A DNA stretch of 64,000 nt from an uncultured Gammaproteobacteria bacterium (GTDB lineage Bacteria > Patescibacteriota > Patescibacteriia > Patescibacteriales > UBA12465), in NCBI GenBank assembly GCA_964431235.1, contig CAYSJA010000030.1, positions 1,774 to 65,773 on the forward strand, read 5' to 3'. Under the pieces are notes generated by a model that did not search any database, was not told where the DNA came from, and was given only the letters and a program-made list of their open reading frames with translations. Shown piece after piece: positions 1-9,368 of this stretch; position 1 is the stretch's first letter; every line of letters begins with the position of its first letter. A program made the position numbers and the translations under genes.

Positions 1-18
1 ATTATTAAATATTATTTT

Positions 19-1491
19 ATGGATATTGAAAATAAACTAAATAAGGTACGTTTAAGATTCGCGCCTTCGCCAACTGGATTTTTGCACATCGGTAATTTGC
101 GTACAGCTTTATTCGGCTATTTTTTAGCTAAAAGTCAAAACGGACTTTTTATCTTGCGCCTAGAAGACACAGATCAGGAAAGAGAAGTGGCCGGTGCACT
201 TGAAAGCTTGTTAAAAATATTTTCTTGGCTAGATATAAAATTCGACGAAGGCCCACATAAAAAGGGGGAATATGCCCCTTATATCCAAAGCAAAAGATTA
301 GATAAATACAAACTCCTAGCAAAAGAATTAGTAGAAAAGGGGGCTGCCTACCCTTGTTTTTGTACACCAGAACGCTTAGAAAAGATGCGTCAAAAACAAC
401 AAGCAAAAAAACTTCCTCCTCGTTATGATAGACATTGCCGCTCGCTAAGCAAAAAAGAAAGGGAAAGAAAAATAAAGAATGGGGAAAAATTTGTCATTAG
501 GCAAAAAATGCCCTTAAAAGGAGAGGTTGAAGTTTTTGATGAAATAAGAGGTAAAATAAAATTTTCTGCTTCTGATTTAGACGATCATGTCCTTATCAAA
601 TCAAACGGCATTCCTACTTATCAATTTGCTAATATAGTTGACGATCATTTAATGGCTATATCCCTTGTCAGTCGAGGAGACGAATGGTTACCATCTTTTC
701 CTAAAAATATTCTTCTTTATCAAGCTTTTGGCTGGCAACCGCCTAAATTTATCCATCTTCCCCTTATACTTAATAAAACAGGGGGCAAACTCAGCAAACG
801 GCAAGGCAACGTATCTGTAGAAGAATATAGACAAAAAGGTTATCTACCTGAAGCTTTGATAAATTTTTGCGCTCTTTTAGGCTGGCATCCTAAAAATAAT
901 AAAGAAATATTATCAAAAACGGAAATTGAAACAGAGTTTTCCTTAAAGGGTATAAGTGCCTCTCCGGCTATTTTTGACGAAGAAAAACTTAATTATTTAA
1001 ACGGGTATTATATAAGACAAAAATCCCTTCCGGAATTAGTTAAGCTCTGCCAACCATATTTAAAATTAAAAAAAAATAATATAAAAGATTTAAATCAAGA
1101 AAAAATAAAAAAAATAGTCACTATATCCCAAGAAAGAATGAAAAAATTAAGTGATATAAAAGAGTTAAGTTTATTTCTTTTTTCTTTGCCAAGTTATAAG
1201 AAGGAATTATTGCCCTGGAAAGAACTAACTCTTGAAAAAACTAAATTAAATTTAGAAGAAATTTATAATTTCTGGCAAAAAATAACTGAAAAAAATTGGA
1301 GTTTAAAATATTTGGAGAAAGAAACATTGTCTTGGATAAAGAAAAAATCAGGAAAAAATGGCGATTATCTCTGGCCTTTACGCGTGGCTTTATCCGGGCT
1401 CAAAAATAGCCCTAGCCCCTTTGAAATTGCTTGGACTTTAGAAAAAAAAGAAAGCTTAAAAAGAATTAAAAAAGGGATTACTAAATTATAA
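19..1491 (+). CDS. gltX: glutamyl-tRNA synthetase
   Basis: N-terminal RFAPSPTGFLHIGNLRTALF (class I HIGH motif, GluRS-type) and KLSKR (KMSKS-like); 490 aa. Confidence 0.9.
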   Translation: MDIENKLNKVRLRFAPSPTGFLHIGNLRTALFGYFLAKSQNGLFILRLEDTDQEREVAGALESLLKIFSWLDIKFDEGPHKKGEYAPYIQSKRLDKYKLLAKELVEKGAAYPCFCTPERLEKMRQKQQAKKLPPRYDRHCRSLSKKERERKIKNGEKFVIRQKMPLKGEVEVFDEIRGKIKFSASDLDDHVLIKSNGIPTYQFANIVDDHLMAISLVSRGDEWLPSFPKNILLYQAFGWQPPKFIHLPLILNKTGGKLSKRQGNVSVEEYRQKGYLPEALINFCALLGWHPKNNKEILSKTEIETEFSLKGISASPAIFDEEKLNYLNGYYIRQKSLPELVKLCQPYLKLKKNNIKDLNQEKIKKIVTISQERMKKLSDIKELSLFLFSLPSYKKELLPWKELTLEKTKLNLEEIYNFWQKITEKNWSLKYLEKETLSWIKKKSGKNGDYLWPLRVALSGLKNSPSPFEIAWTLEKKESLKRIKKGITKL

Positions 1492-1543
1492 TTCCCCCTA
1501 ATCAAATTTACTTCTGGATAGAAAAATGGTACAATAAAGGCAT

Positions 1544-2776
1544 ATGAAAGGAAAATATCTAAAAATTGGTTTTCTGCTTGTTATTGTTATTTTTATTTTA
1601 AGTAACCTTAAACCTCTTAAGGCAATTTCTAATTACGAAATAGACAAAGAAATTGAAGCTTTAAATTTAAAAATACAACTACAAGAGAAACAAATAAATA
1701 ATCTTAAAGAAAAACAAAAAGAATATCAAGAACAAATTAACGCTAAAAAAAACGAAAAAATAAGCTTAAATAACCAATTAGGAATTATTGATAACCGCTT
1801 AGCTAAAACCGAATTAGATATTGAAGAAACTATTTTAGAGATTGAAAAGATAAAATTAGAAATTAGAAAAACAGAAATAGACAGTAATAAATTAGATGAA
1901 GAAATAAATAAACAAAAAGAACAAATTTCCGGTTTATTACGCTTAATATACAAACAAGAACAAATTACTACCTTAGAAGCTCTTCTCTTAAATGATACTC
2001 TGTCTGATTTTTTAAATCAGATAAAATATTTAGAGAATACTAATGAGAAATTAGGCGAAAATGTAGAAAAACTAAAAAAACAAAAAAACCAATTAGAAAA
2101 AAATCGACAAATTTTGGAGAATAAAAGTCAGGAAGCATCTGCTTTGAAAATAAAACTAGAAGAAAAAAAAGATAGTTTATTATATGAGCAAACACAAAAA
2201 GAAAATATCTTAGAACAAACTAAAGAATCAGAACAAGCTTTCCAAGAACTTTTAGCTAAAGCTAAAGCTGAACAGAATCAAGCGCAAGTAGAAATCGCTA
2301 ATGCTGAAAGTTTGATTAGGCAGAAAATGTCGCAAAAAGAAAGAGAAAGGTTAGAAGATGGCGACAGCAGTATGACCTGGCCGGTTACTAAAAACTATAT
2401 TACTGCTACCTTTCATGATCCTGATTACCCCTACCGCAAAATAATCGGCGAACACTCTGGTGTAGATATAAGGGCAGCCCAAGGTTCCACTTTATACGCG
2501 GCAGCCGATGGATATGTTGCTAAAGTAAAATTTGATGGTTCTAAAAACTATGGCTATATAATGATAATTCATGGCAATAATTTAGCAACTGTCTATGGTC
2601 ATATTTCTACTACTTATGTAAATATAGATCAATATGTCACTAAGGGGCAAGTAATAGGGAAGACCGGGGGTACACCAGGTACGCCAGGATGTGGCAGTTT
2701 TTCTACCGGTCCTCATCTACATTTTGAAGTTAGAAAAAACGGATTACCGGTTAATCCTTTGAATTATTTACCCTAA
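1544..2776 (+). CDS. M23 family peptidoglycan metalloendopeptidase with long N-terminal coiled coil (EnvC-like)
   Basis: Signal/TM N-terminus, ~270 aa K/E/Q-rich coiled coil, C-terminal LytM/M23 motifs (HSGVDI...YGHIS...GPHLHFEVR). Confidence 0.8.
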   Translation: MKGKYLKIGFLLVIVIFILSNLKPLKAISNYEIDKEIEALNLKIQLQEKQINNLKEKQKEYQEQINAKKNEKISLNNQLGIIDNRLAKTELDIEETILEIEKIKLEIRKTEIDSNKLDEEINKQKEQISGLLRLIYKQEQITTLEALLLNDTLSDFLNQIKYLENTNEKLGENVEKLKKQKNQLEKNRQILENKSQEASALKIKLEEKKDSLLYEQTQKENILEQTKESEQAFQELLAKAKAEQNQAQVEIANAESLIRQKMSQKERERLEDGDSSMTWPVTKNYITATFHDPDYPYRKIIGEHSGVDIRAAQGSTLYAAADGYVAKVKFDGSKNYGYIMIIHGNNLATVYGHISTTYVNIDQYVTKGQVIGKTGGTPGTPGCGSFSTGPHLHFEVRKNGLPVNPLNYLP

Positions 2777-2800
2777 TATTAAATAAAATAGAGCAGGGAA

Positions 2801-3760
2801 CTAAAACCTATCCTTACCGTGTATTTTGCGATGTATATCCCTTAGTTGTTTATTGGTAACATGGGTATAAATTTGGGTAGTGGCAATATTACTATGCCCT
2901 AAAAACTCTTGGAGTGTACGCAGATCAACCCCTTGATTAAGAAGATCAGTAGCAAAAGAATGCCTAAGAGTATGAGGTGTAGCCATTATTGGCAACCCAC
3001 TGATTTTTACATATTTTTTAACAATATCTTCAATGCTTTTAACAGTCAGACGACGCGACTTATCACTCAATTTTTTTTCACTTCCTCTTTTATAATTAAT
3101 AAATAAAGCTTCAGCCAAATCCTGCCTTTTATTTAAATAAACGCGCAGGGAAGAGACCGCTCGTTTAGAAAAATAAACTGTTCTTATCTTCTCGCCTTTA
3201 CCGATAACAGCAATTTCTAAATCATTAGTATCATCCTTTATCTTTACTTGATCTCTGTTTAGAGCAGCTAATTCAGCAACACGCAAACCAGTGGAAAACA
3301 AAGATTCAAGCAAAGCTTTATCTCTTAAACCGATAATAGTATTAATATCGGGAGAATTTAATAATCTTGATAATTGCTCCAACTTTAAAAACTTTATCTC
3401 CTTATCTGCTTTATCCTTTGCTAATTTAACCTTTGAGGGCGGTAGGGAAGTAATTTCTTTTTCTACAAAAAATTCCAATAAAGACCGCAAAGCAATAAGA
3501 TAATAATTTTGAGTAATCTTTTTAAGCGGTCTTTTTTTTATAGGATTAATATGGCGAGAAAGATATACTTTATAGCGCCAAATATGTTTAACATCTAACT
3601 GAGCAGGTGTTATAGAGCTTAGTTTCTCTTGCTTAAGCCAGAAAAAAAATTTATGCAAAAAACGCCCGTAGTTTTCTTGGGTCTTGACAGATAATCCTTT
3701 TTCTATTTCACAGTAATCTAAAAAATCCGGCAAGTATTTAATAATTGGTTTAGAACTCAT
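2801..3760 (-). CDS. tyrosine site-specific recombinase (XerC/XerD family)
   Basis: C-terminal catalytic motifs HTLRHSFAT ... LGHSNIATTQIYTHV; N-terminal core-binding domain; 319 aa. Confidence 0.8.
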   Translation of the reverse strand: MSSKPIIKYLPDFLDYCEIEKGLSVKTQENYGRFLHKFFFWLKQEKLSSITPAQLDVKHIWRYKVYLSRHINPIKKRPLKKITQNYYLIALRSLLEFFVEKEITSLPPSKVKLAKDKADKEIKFLKLEQLSRLLNSPDINTIIGLRDKALLESLFSTGLRVAELAALNRDQVKIKDDTNDLEIAVIGKGEKIRTVYFSKRAVSSLRVYLNKRQDLAEALFINYKRGSEKKLSDKSRRLTVKSIEDIVKKYVKISGLPIMATPHTLRHSFATDLLNQGVDLRTLQEFLGHSNIATTQIYTHVTNKQLRDIHRKIHGKDRF

Positions 3761-3883
3761 AATATGATTATTATATTTATATTATAGCAAAAATATTTAT
3801 TAATAAAAACAGAAATAATAACAGGGAATAAGGTTTAAATCGAGAAAAAGCTATATTTTTGCTTTATTTTATTCTATAAGAAT

Positions 3884-3911
3884 ACTTCGCATAATGTACC
3901 TTAATAAACGT
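3884..3911. other. candidate dif-like Xer recombination site (28 nt)
   Basis: ACTTCGCATAATGTACCTTAATAAACGT: the left arm plus spacer TCGCATAATGTA matches the E. coli dif XerC arm GCGCATAATGTA at 11 of 12 positions, consensus quoted from memory. It begins ACTTC like B. subtilis dif. It lies 124 nt upstream of the xer gene. Confidence 0.35.
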
Positions 3912-3920
3912 ATAATATAA

Positions 3921-3950
3921 TGAAAGAAAAGGGTTGGTAATATATGCCAA
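3921..3950 (-). terminator. stem-loop (perfect 9-bp stem AAGGGTTGG/CCAACCCTT) followed by T-rich run on minus strand
   Basis: Hairpin read directly; on the minus strand it is followed by TTTCTTTCATT. It is downstream of the ftsQ-like gene and the small ORF. Confidence 0.45.
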
Positions 3951-4076
3951 CCCTTTAATTACAGGCCCCTAACTAAACCAGCAAACCAAACCATCGTAAA
4001 ATGCTATGAAAACAACTAAAACAAAGTATTATAATTAACAAGAAACTAAATATTTTATAAAGAACTATTAATTAAT

Positions 4077-4218
4077 CTAACTCATGATTAAGCCCATAAA
4101 TCTTACTTCGGGCTGAAATAATAAAATAATTTTTATGATTAATAGAAAAATTCCAGCAGAAACTAAAGCAAAGACAAAAATGCCTAATCCAAATAAAAAT
4201 TTAAATACATTTTCCATA
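4077..4218 (-). CDS. possible small hydrophobic membrane peptide (46 aa)
   Basis: ATG-initiated ORF MENVFKFLFGLGIFVFALVSAGIFLLIIKIILLFQPEVRFMGLIMS, 6 nt downstream of the ftsQ-like stop; shorter than the ORF-track cutoff; coordinates approximate. Confidence 0.25.
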
Positions 4219-4223
4219 AATTA

Positions 4224-5063
4224 TTAATTTATAAATATCATATCACCGTAACGTAAATCAATATAATTTATTATATTAAAATTATCCCCTATTTTTTCCT
4301 TTTTGACAAGGGCTAAGTCATTGGCTTGAAGTTTGGGGTCTTTCTTTGAATTAAAATACACCTTAGGACCATTAATAAAATCAACAATTAGAGAATTAAA
4401 CTCTTGATCAATAATAAAGCGCTCTGGCTTTAAATCTTGATAATAAGATAAACTATCTTTTAAACTAAAAACAAAATCAAGATATTTAACATCTATATCA
4501 ATTTTATTTCTGGAATTAACCGAAACCGACTTACTTCTATTCTCTAAAATAAAATATTTTTCTTTATCCTCCTCTTTTACCGTTTCTTCTCTAATGATAT
4601 AGCCCTCTTTCGAAGCATAGAATAGTTCGGTTCCCTGCTGAAAAATAAAAGCATAAGGTCGTTCACTGATTTCTAATTCCAAAGTATCGGGTAAAACTTT
4701 TCTTATTTTTAATTGAGAAAAATTATATTTTTCTATAATTTCTTCTTCTAATTTTTTTTGATCAAACAAAAAAAAATTAGTTTCAGAAAAAAATAAATAC
4801 AAACGATTATTTTTTCTATCTTCCACCACTTTTTTGATTTCTTCAACGCTTATTCGGCTAAGCCCCTTAATATTAATATTCTTTATATTGAAAAAAGGAG
4901 TCATCAATAAAAAATAAGTCAGGCCGGTTAAAATTATTAATCCGCCCAAAAAAAACCATCTCTTCCCTGCCCTGGCTGTATTTTTAGGACGATAAAAAAA
5001 GGGGTTTTTCAAATTTTTAACTTGGTAATCAGATTTTATTTGTTTATTTCTCTTTTTTTTCAT
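4224..5063 (-). CDS. ftsQ: cell division protein FtsQ/DivIB-like
   Basis: Basic N-terminus, one TM segment, POTRA-like region (IKGLSRISVEEIKKVV ... LPDTLELEISERPYAFI). Confidence 0.55.
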   Translation of the reverse strand: MKKKRNKQIKSDYQVKNLKNPFFYRPKNTARAGKRWFFLGGLIILTGLTYFLLMTPFFNIKNINIKGLSRISVEEIKKVVEDRKNNRLYLFFSETNFFLFDQKKLEEEIIEKYNFSQLKIRKVLPDTLELEISERPYAFIFQQGTELFYASKEGYIIREETVKEEDKEKYFILENRSKSVSVNSRNKIDIDVKYLDFVFSLKDSLSYYQDLKPERFIIDQEFNSLIVDFINGPKVYFNSKKDPKLQANDLALVKKEKIGDNFNIINYIDLRYGDMIFIN

Positions 5064-6240
5064 TTATTATTTTTTCTTTAACATTAGCTAAATTAACTAT
5101 AATTTTCCTAATATTGGCCTGTAATTTAACTAAAAATTCATAGGAGATGGTATCCATAAGAGCTGCTAGATTATCAACTGAATTAGGATCTGACAAATTA
5201 CTTGATATTACTTGAACCTCATCGCCGACTTGTATATTTTCTTGCCCTACTTCCAAACAAGTTAAATTCATACAAATTTTACCAGCTACAGAGGCAAAAA
5301 AGGATTCATGGCCATAAATTAAAAATTGGGCTAAACTTGATAAACGCCGATCCAATCCTTCATAATAGCCAAAAGGAATTACTGCTATCTGTCCAAAACT
5401 ATCTGTTTTATAATTTTCCCCATAGGAAACATTTTCATTAGGAGATACATTCTGAAGAGAAACAATCTGAGAGAATGCCTCTAAGGCCGGTTGTAGGGCC
5501 TCAACAGCTTCATCTTGCCTTTTTAGAGGATTATAGCCATAAAAGGCTAATCCAGGACGAAAAGCAGTTAAAAGGCGATTGTCGGACCAAAAAATTGCAG
5601 CTGAATTTCCTAAATGGACCCAACGCGGAAAATAGCCGGCTGAACGCAATTTATTCAAAGCTTCCAGAAAAACATCTTCTTGAAAAGAATTAAGTATAGA
5701 ACGATTATCAGCAGCAGCAAAATGCGAACAAAGTCCGCTTACTTCAACTTTATCAAGATAAATTTTATTATTAGTTATAAACTTATCAATATCTTTTATC
5801 CCTTCCCTATTCATGCCAGAATTAATAAATAAATGAATATGAGCTTTTTTACCGAAACGGGATAGATATCTTAAAGTATTTTCATTATAAACTACAAACT
5901 CCGTCTTTTTTAATTTAGCGTAATGATAGGCTCTAAGAGGCATTTCTCCTAAAATTAAAACTTTTCCTTTAAAATTGCGGTAAACAATCTGTGCCTCAGG
6001 ATAAGAATCAACGACTACTATTTTAGCTGATGTATAATTTAAAATAGAACAAATTTCTTTTAACCCGTGTCCATAAGCATTAGCTTTTAAAACTGGAAAA
6101 ATTTCCGCTTCCGATTGTAAATTTTTTAAATAATTAAAATTAGCCACTATTTTTTCAGCGTCAATTTCTATTCGATTTAAAGTATCATACCTAGGTTTTA
6201 TTAATTTTCTTATAATATTCATCATATTATTACAATTCAT
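5044..6240 (-). CDS. alr: alanine racemase
   Basis: PLP-binding motif FPVLKANAYGHGL near the N-terminus; ~400 aa two-domain layout. Confidence 0.85.
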   Translation of the reverse strand: MNCNNMMNIIRKLIKPRYDTLNRIEIDAEKIVANFNYLKNLQSEAEIFPVLKANAYGHGLKEICSILNYTSAKIVVVDSYPEAQIVYRNFKGKVLILGEMPLRAYHYAKLKKTEFVVYNENTLRYLSRFGKKAHIHLFINSGMNREGIKDIDKFITNNKIYLDKVEVSGLCSHFAAADNRSILNSFQEDVFLEALNKLRSAGYFPRWVHLGNSAAIFWSDNRLLTAFRPGLAFYGYNPLKRQDEAVEALQPALEAFSQIVSLQNVSPNENVSYGENYKTDSFGQIAVIPFGYYEGLDRRLSSLAQFLIYGHESFFASVAGKICMNLTCLEVGQENIQVGDEVQVISSNLSDPNSVDNLAALMDTISYEFLVKLQANIRKIIVNLANVKEKIINEKKEK

Positions 6241-7315
6241 CAGTACTTAATACCAAACCTTCATTTGTATTTATAGTATCATAATCCAAACTTGTATCAA
6301 TATTAGATAAAGTGCCTCCTACCGGCAAATTAGTAAAATAATCGACTGCTTGGAACTTTATATTGGTAAGCAATTCAGCATAAGAACCAACTTGATTTTC
6401 TTGAGGAATAAGTTCAATCTCAAATCCGGCTTGATAGTTATTATTATTATCTTTTTCCATCTTTTCCACTTGCCAAATAATTTGATGGGCATCAGAATTA
6501 TAACTAAGCTTACCCTCTAACAAAGATGAATTATCAGTAAATTCAACGTTATCAGCTAATCGAGCGCTCATAACAAAATTTCTAAAATCAGCTGGTACAT
6601 CTAAACGAAAAAAAACCCAAAAATTAGTAGGGAAAAAAACAATAGGAGGAAAAGGGCCAGCGCCTAATTGATCACCTTGCGGACTATTATAATAAGCGGC
6701 GGCTTGAGCTGATAATTCAGAAGCTACTTTTAAATCATCGAGTAAAAAACTTTCTTTTATTCCTTGATTTAAAACAATATATTCACTATCTAAACGCCAA
6801 CTAATGATTCGGCTATTTAGGTTTTTTCTTTGAAAATAAACCAACAGATTTACTTCTCTATCCGTTCCTGGAACTAATTCATCTAAATAAAGATTAAATC
6901 CTTTTATTTCAGTACCAAATAAACTAGTTTTTTGCAAAGAAGAAAACTCTAAACGAGAAAGCGGAAAATCTTCTGATTGAGAAACTAAACTAAGTTTTAT
7001 ATCTTTAATTGTGTATTTACCATTATTTTTTAAACGGACAGTTAAATTAACCCCTTCTTGCCAATAAATATTCTGGCTTACAACCGAGAGATTAAGATCT
7101 AAAGGCGGATTGTTAAGATCTATTTCTTGCTTTTGCGGTGGCTTAGACCAAGGAGTAATACTTATTTCTGGTTGATAAGCGTACAAACGAAGCAATAAGG
7201 CTGCTAAAATAAATACTACAGCAATAAGTACTATATCAATAATAAGGTAAATACGACTACGACGATAAAAACGATTAAAGCGCCTATTAAAGTATTTTTT
7301 GATTCTCCTTAACAT
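6230..7315 (-). CDS. hypothetical membrane-anchored protein
   Basis: Arg-rich N-terminus, single TM helix (LIIDIVLIAVVFILAALLL), extracytoplasmic domain with no recognised motif. Confidence 0.5.
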   Translation of the reverse strand: MLRRIKKYFNRRFNRFYRRSRIYLIIDIVLIAVVFILAALLLRLYAYQPEISITPWSKPPQKQEIDLNNPPLDLNLSVVSQNIYWQEGVNLTVRLKNNGKYTIKDIKLSLVSQSEDFPLSRLEFSSLQKTSLFGTEIKGFNLYLDELVPGTDREVNLLVYFQRKNLNSRIISWRLDSEYIVLNQGIKESFLLDDLKVASELSAQAAAYYNSPQGDQLGAGPFPPIVFFPTNFWVFFRLDVPADFRNFVMSARLADNVEFTDNSSLLEGKLSYNSDAHQIIWQVEKMEKDNNNNYQAGFEIELIPQENQVGSYAELLTNIKFQAVDYFTNLPVGGTLSNIDTSLDYDTINTNEGLVLSTDEL

Positions 7316-7330
7316 ATTATTATTTTAAAA

Positions 7331-9361
7331 TTAGAAAAAATTTTTTATCCCGACTAATATTTCTTGCCGTCCATCTTGATTTAAATCGCTAAGGGTTATT
7401 TTTAAACCATCTCTAAAAATTTTATCATAAGCAAAAAATTGTCCTAATATTTGACCATTTCCAGAAAAAATACGAACTTGCGGTCCGCCACCCGGACCAG
7501 GGGCAACCACTATTTCCATCTGGCCATTACCACTTAAATCACCAACTGCTACCTCAACTCCACCTTTAAAGTTTTCATCGTAAGCTAAAAAGCTATATTT
7601 TAACTCTCCAGACAAAGAAAATACTTTTACTAAGGGTTTGTCGTTGAATCCAGCGCCTGTGATTAAATCTAAAGATCCATCAGCATCAACATCGCCTAAA
7701 GCTACGCTCACTCCACCTCTCATATTTTTATCATAGGCAAAAAAACTAGATAATAAACGACCGTCAGCGGAAAAAACTCTAACTTGAGGTCCGCCACCTA
7801 CAGTTGGTCCAATAGCAACTATCTCAAAAAAACCGTTATTTATTTTGGTGTCTATGTTAAGTTTATTTCTAAATAAATTATTATACGGAAAAAAAGAAAC
7901 AATTTCGCTACCGTTTTTATCTAAACTCAATTTTCCTCTATCAGCTACTATATTAATTTCCTCTGTCTCTTGGTAGCCACCGTCAGCAATCACTACTGAA
8001 GATCCAGTAGGAAAAACAGAGGAAAAGGAGAAAAAGCCATTTCTAACTTGATTACCTTTATCATTAAAAACCCGATAAAAATACCCATTTATAAAAGTAC
8101 TGTTTAAAATACTATCCGAAGTTTTTAGAATTACTAAACCGTCTTGTGATGGCAAATTGACAAAATTTATTTTTTCACCACTATTTACCTCTTTATCCTG
8201 CAAACTAGTTATTTTTTCAAAATTTTCTTTGGAAAAAACATATAATTGATTTTTATCTGTAGAATTTAACAATACTGATCCAAATTTAAAATCCCGACGC
8301 CATAACCCTGGTTGTATATTATTATTTTCAGTTAATAAATTATAAGCTGAATTTTGCGCCGGACCTAAATTAACACCATATTCGTCATACCACCAAGTTT
8401 GACTATGGTTTGAAGTATCATAATCAAAACTATAAAAACCTTCGCCTAATAGGGCGCTAGCTAAACCAAAACGCATGCTTTTATAATCTATCTGATTTTT
8501 TTTATTAACATTTATAATACTTAGTTGAGGATATATATTGGCTACTGGTAACTTAAGGTAAGTCTCCATTGATCCCGACCAGTGGCCGCCGTTTTCCCAG
8601 TAAGAAGGAAAAGATTCTAACATCATGCCATTCAACAAGTCCTGATATCCCCAAAAGACTCGGCCATTGCCGACAATGATGAATTCATCTCCTAAAAGAT
8701 TTCTTGTTTTTTGCAGCATTTCCCTAAAACCCTGTGTCCACAAATTGTCAGCTGATATTGAATCATCGCGATGACCATCATTATCTACATCAATATCACC
8801 ACCATTTATCCAAGAGATATCGCCCCAGGTATTATCATAAAAAACACCATCAAAAAATCCACTGCTAGCTATATTATCAGCTACAAACTCCGGCAAAAAA
8901 TCTTTAAATTTTTGGTTATTTTCATTCTTTCCAGAAAAATTAGTTAAATTAAGCATATAAGTTCCAGGCCAATTGCAAATTTTTCGTCCAGAAGTATCTC
9001 TCAACCACCAATTATCAGAAATTGCTAATCTTAACTTACGCCGTAAAAAGGCACCAGTATTACCAGCTGCTTGGTTAATATTATCAATTATTTCTTGAGA
9101 AGTTATATAAGCTAAAATAATAATATCAGGATTAAGTTCGCGAATCAGACGTAAAGCGCCGGGACTATTCTCTTGAACCTCCATATCTAAAACCAAAAAA
9201 TCCCACTTAGCCAATTCCCTAGCTTCCTGCTCGCTAATTTCCCACTTCAAAAAATAATTAGCTAGACGAGGATAAGTGTTAATGAGGTCGGCAGCTTGAA
9301 GGAATTGGGGATATAGAAAAAAACCAAGCAATATTAAAATAACGACTAATTTCAATTTCAT
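7331..9361 (-). CDS. secreted protein: N-terminal glycoside-hydrolase-like (TIM-barrel-like) region plus C-terminal FG-GAP/VCBS-like repeats
   Basis: Signal peptide MKLKLVVILILLGFFLYPQFLQA; C-terminal repeats GGGPQVRVFSxxGxLL...FFAYDxxxxGGVxVAxGDxxxDG occur 4-5 times. Confidence 0.6.
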   Translation of the reverse strand: MKLKLVVILILLGFFLYPQFLQAADLINTYPRLANYFLKWEISEQEARELAKWDFLVLDMEVQENSPGALRLIRELNPDIIILAYITSQEIIDNINQAAGNTGAFLRRKLRLAISDNWWLRDTSGRKICNWPGTYMLNLTNFSGKNENNQKFKDFLPEFVADNIASSGFFDGVFYDNTWGDISWINGGDIDVDNDGHRDDSISADNLWTQGFREMLQKTRNLLGDEFIIVGNGRVFWGYQDLLNGMMLESFPSYWENGGHWSGSMETYLKLPVANIYPQLSIINVNKKNQIDYKSMRFGLASALLGEGFYSFDYDTSNHSQTWWYDEYGVNLGPAQNSAYNLLTENNNIQPGLWRRDFKFGSVLLNSTDKNQLYVFSKENFEKITSLQDKEVNSGEKINFVNLPSQDGLVILKTSDSILNSTFINGYFYRVFNDKGNQVRNGFFSFSSVFPTGSSVVIADGGYQETEEINIVADRGKLSLDKNGSEIVSFFPYNNLFRNKLNIDTKINNGFFEIVAIGPTVGGGPQVRVFSADGRLLSSFFAYDKNMRGGVSVALGDVDADGSLDLITGAGFNDKPLVKVFSLSGELKYSFLAYDENFKGGVEVAVGDLSGNGQMEIVVAPGPGGGPQVRIFSGNGQILGQFFAYDKIFRDGLKITLSDLNQDGRQEILVGIKNFF

Positions 9362-9368
9362 GTTAATT

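Noticed and set aside
149-406. 85-aa minus-strand ORF inside gltX, and similar short antisense ORFs across the window: 1726-1953, 2909-3106, 3291-3503, 5202-5441, 5475-5693, 9507-9710, 10288-10629, 12253-12462, 14820-15017, 21387-21599, 21909-22166, 23844-24044, 25886-26194, 26516-26734, 29782-29997, 31453-31656, 32277-32567, 34372-34596, 37667-37987, 38116-38334, 40119-40310, 41879-42082, 42208-42420, 42743-42955, 43166-43408, 44449-44721, 46463-46681, 49831-50031, 50682-50864, 51077-51277, 51536-51733, 51859-52080, 56664-56885, 58391-58594, 59994-60323, 60530-60712, 61878-62066, 63302-63550
   Set aside because: Every one lies wholly inside, or heavily overlaps, a much longer ORF with clear homology on the opposite strand or in another frame. 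All are low-complexity and are expected by chance in AT-rich DNA.
2801-3760. Tyrosine recombinase as a phage or integrative-element integrase
   Set aside because: There are no flanking phage, transposase or cargo genes, no adjacent tRNA attachment target, and no direct repeats. The N-terminal core-binding domain and C-terminal motifs fit the Xer chromosome-dimer resolvases, and a dif-like sequence is adjacent.
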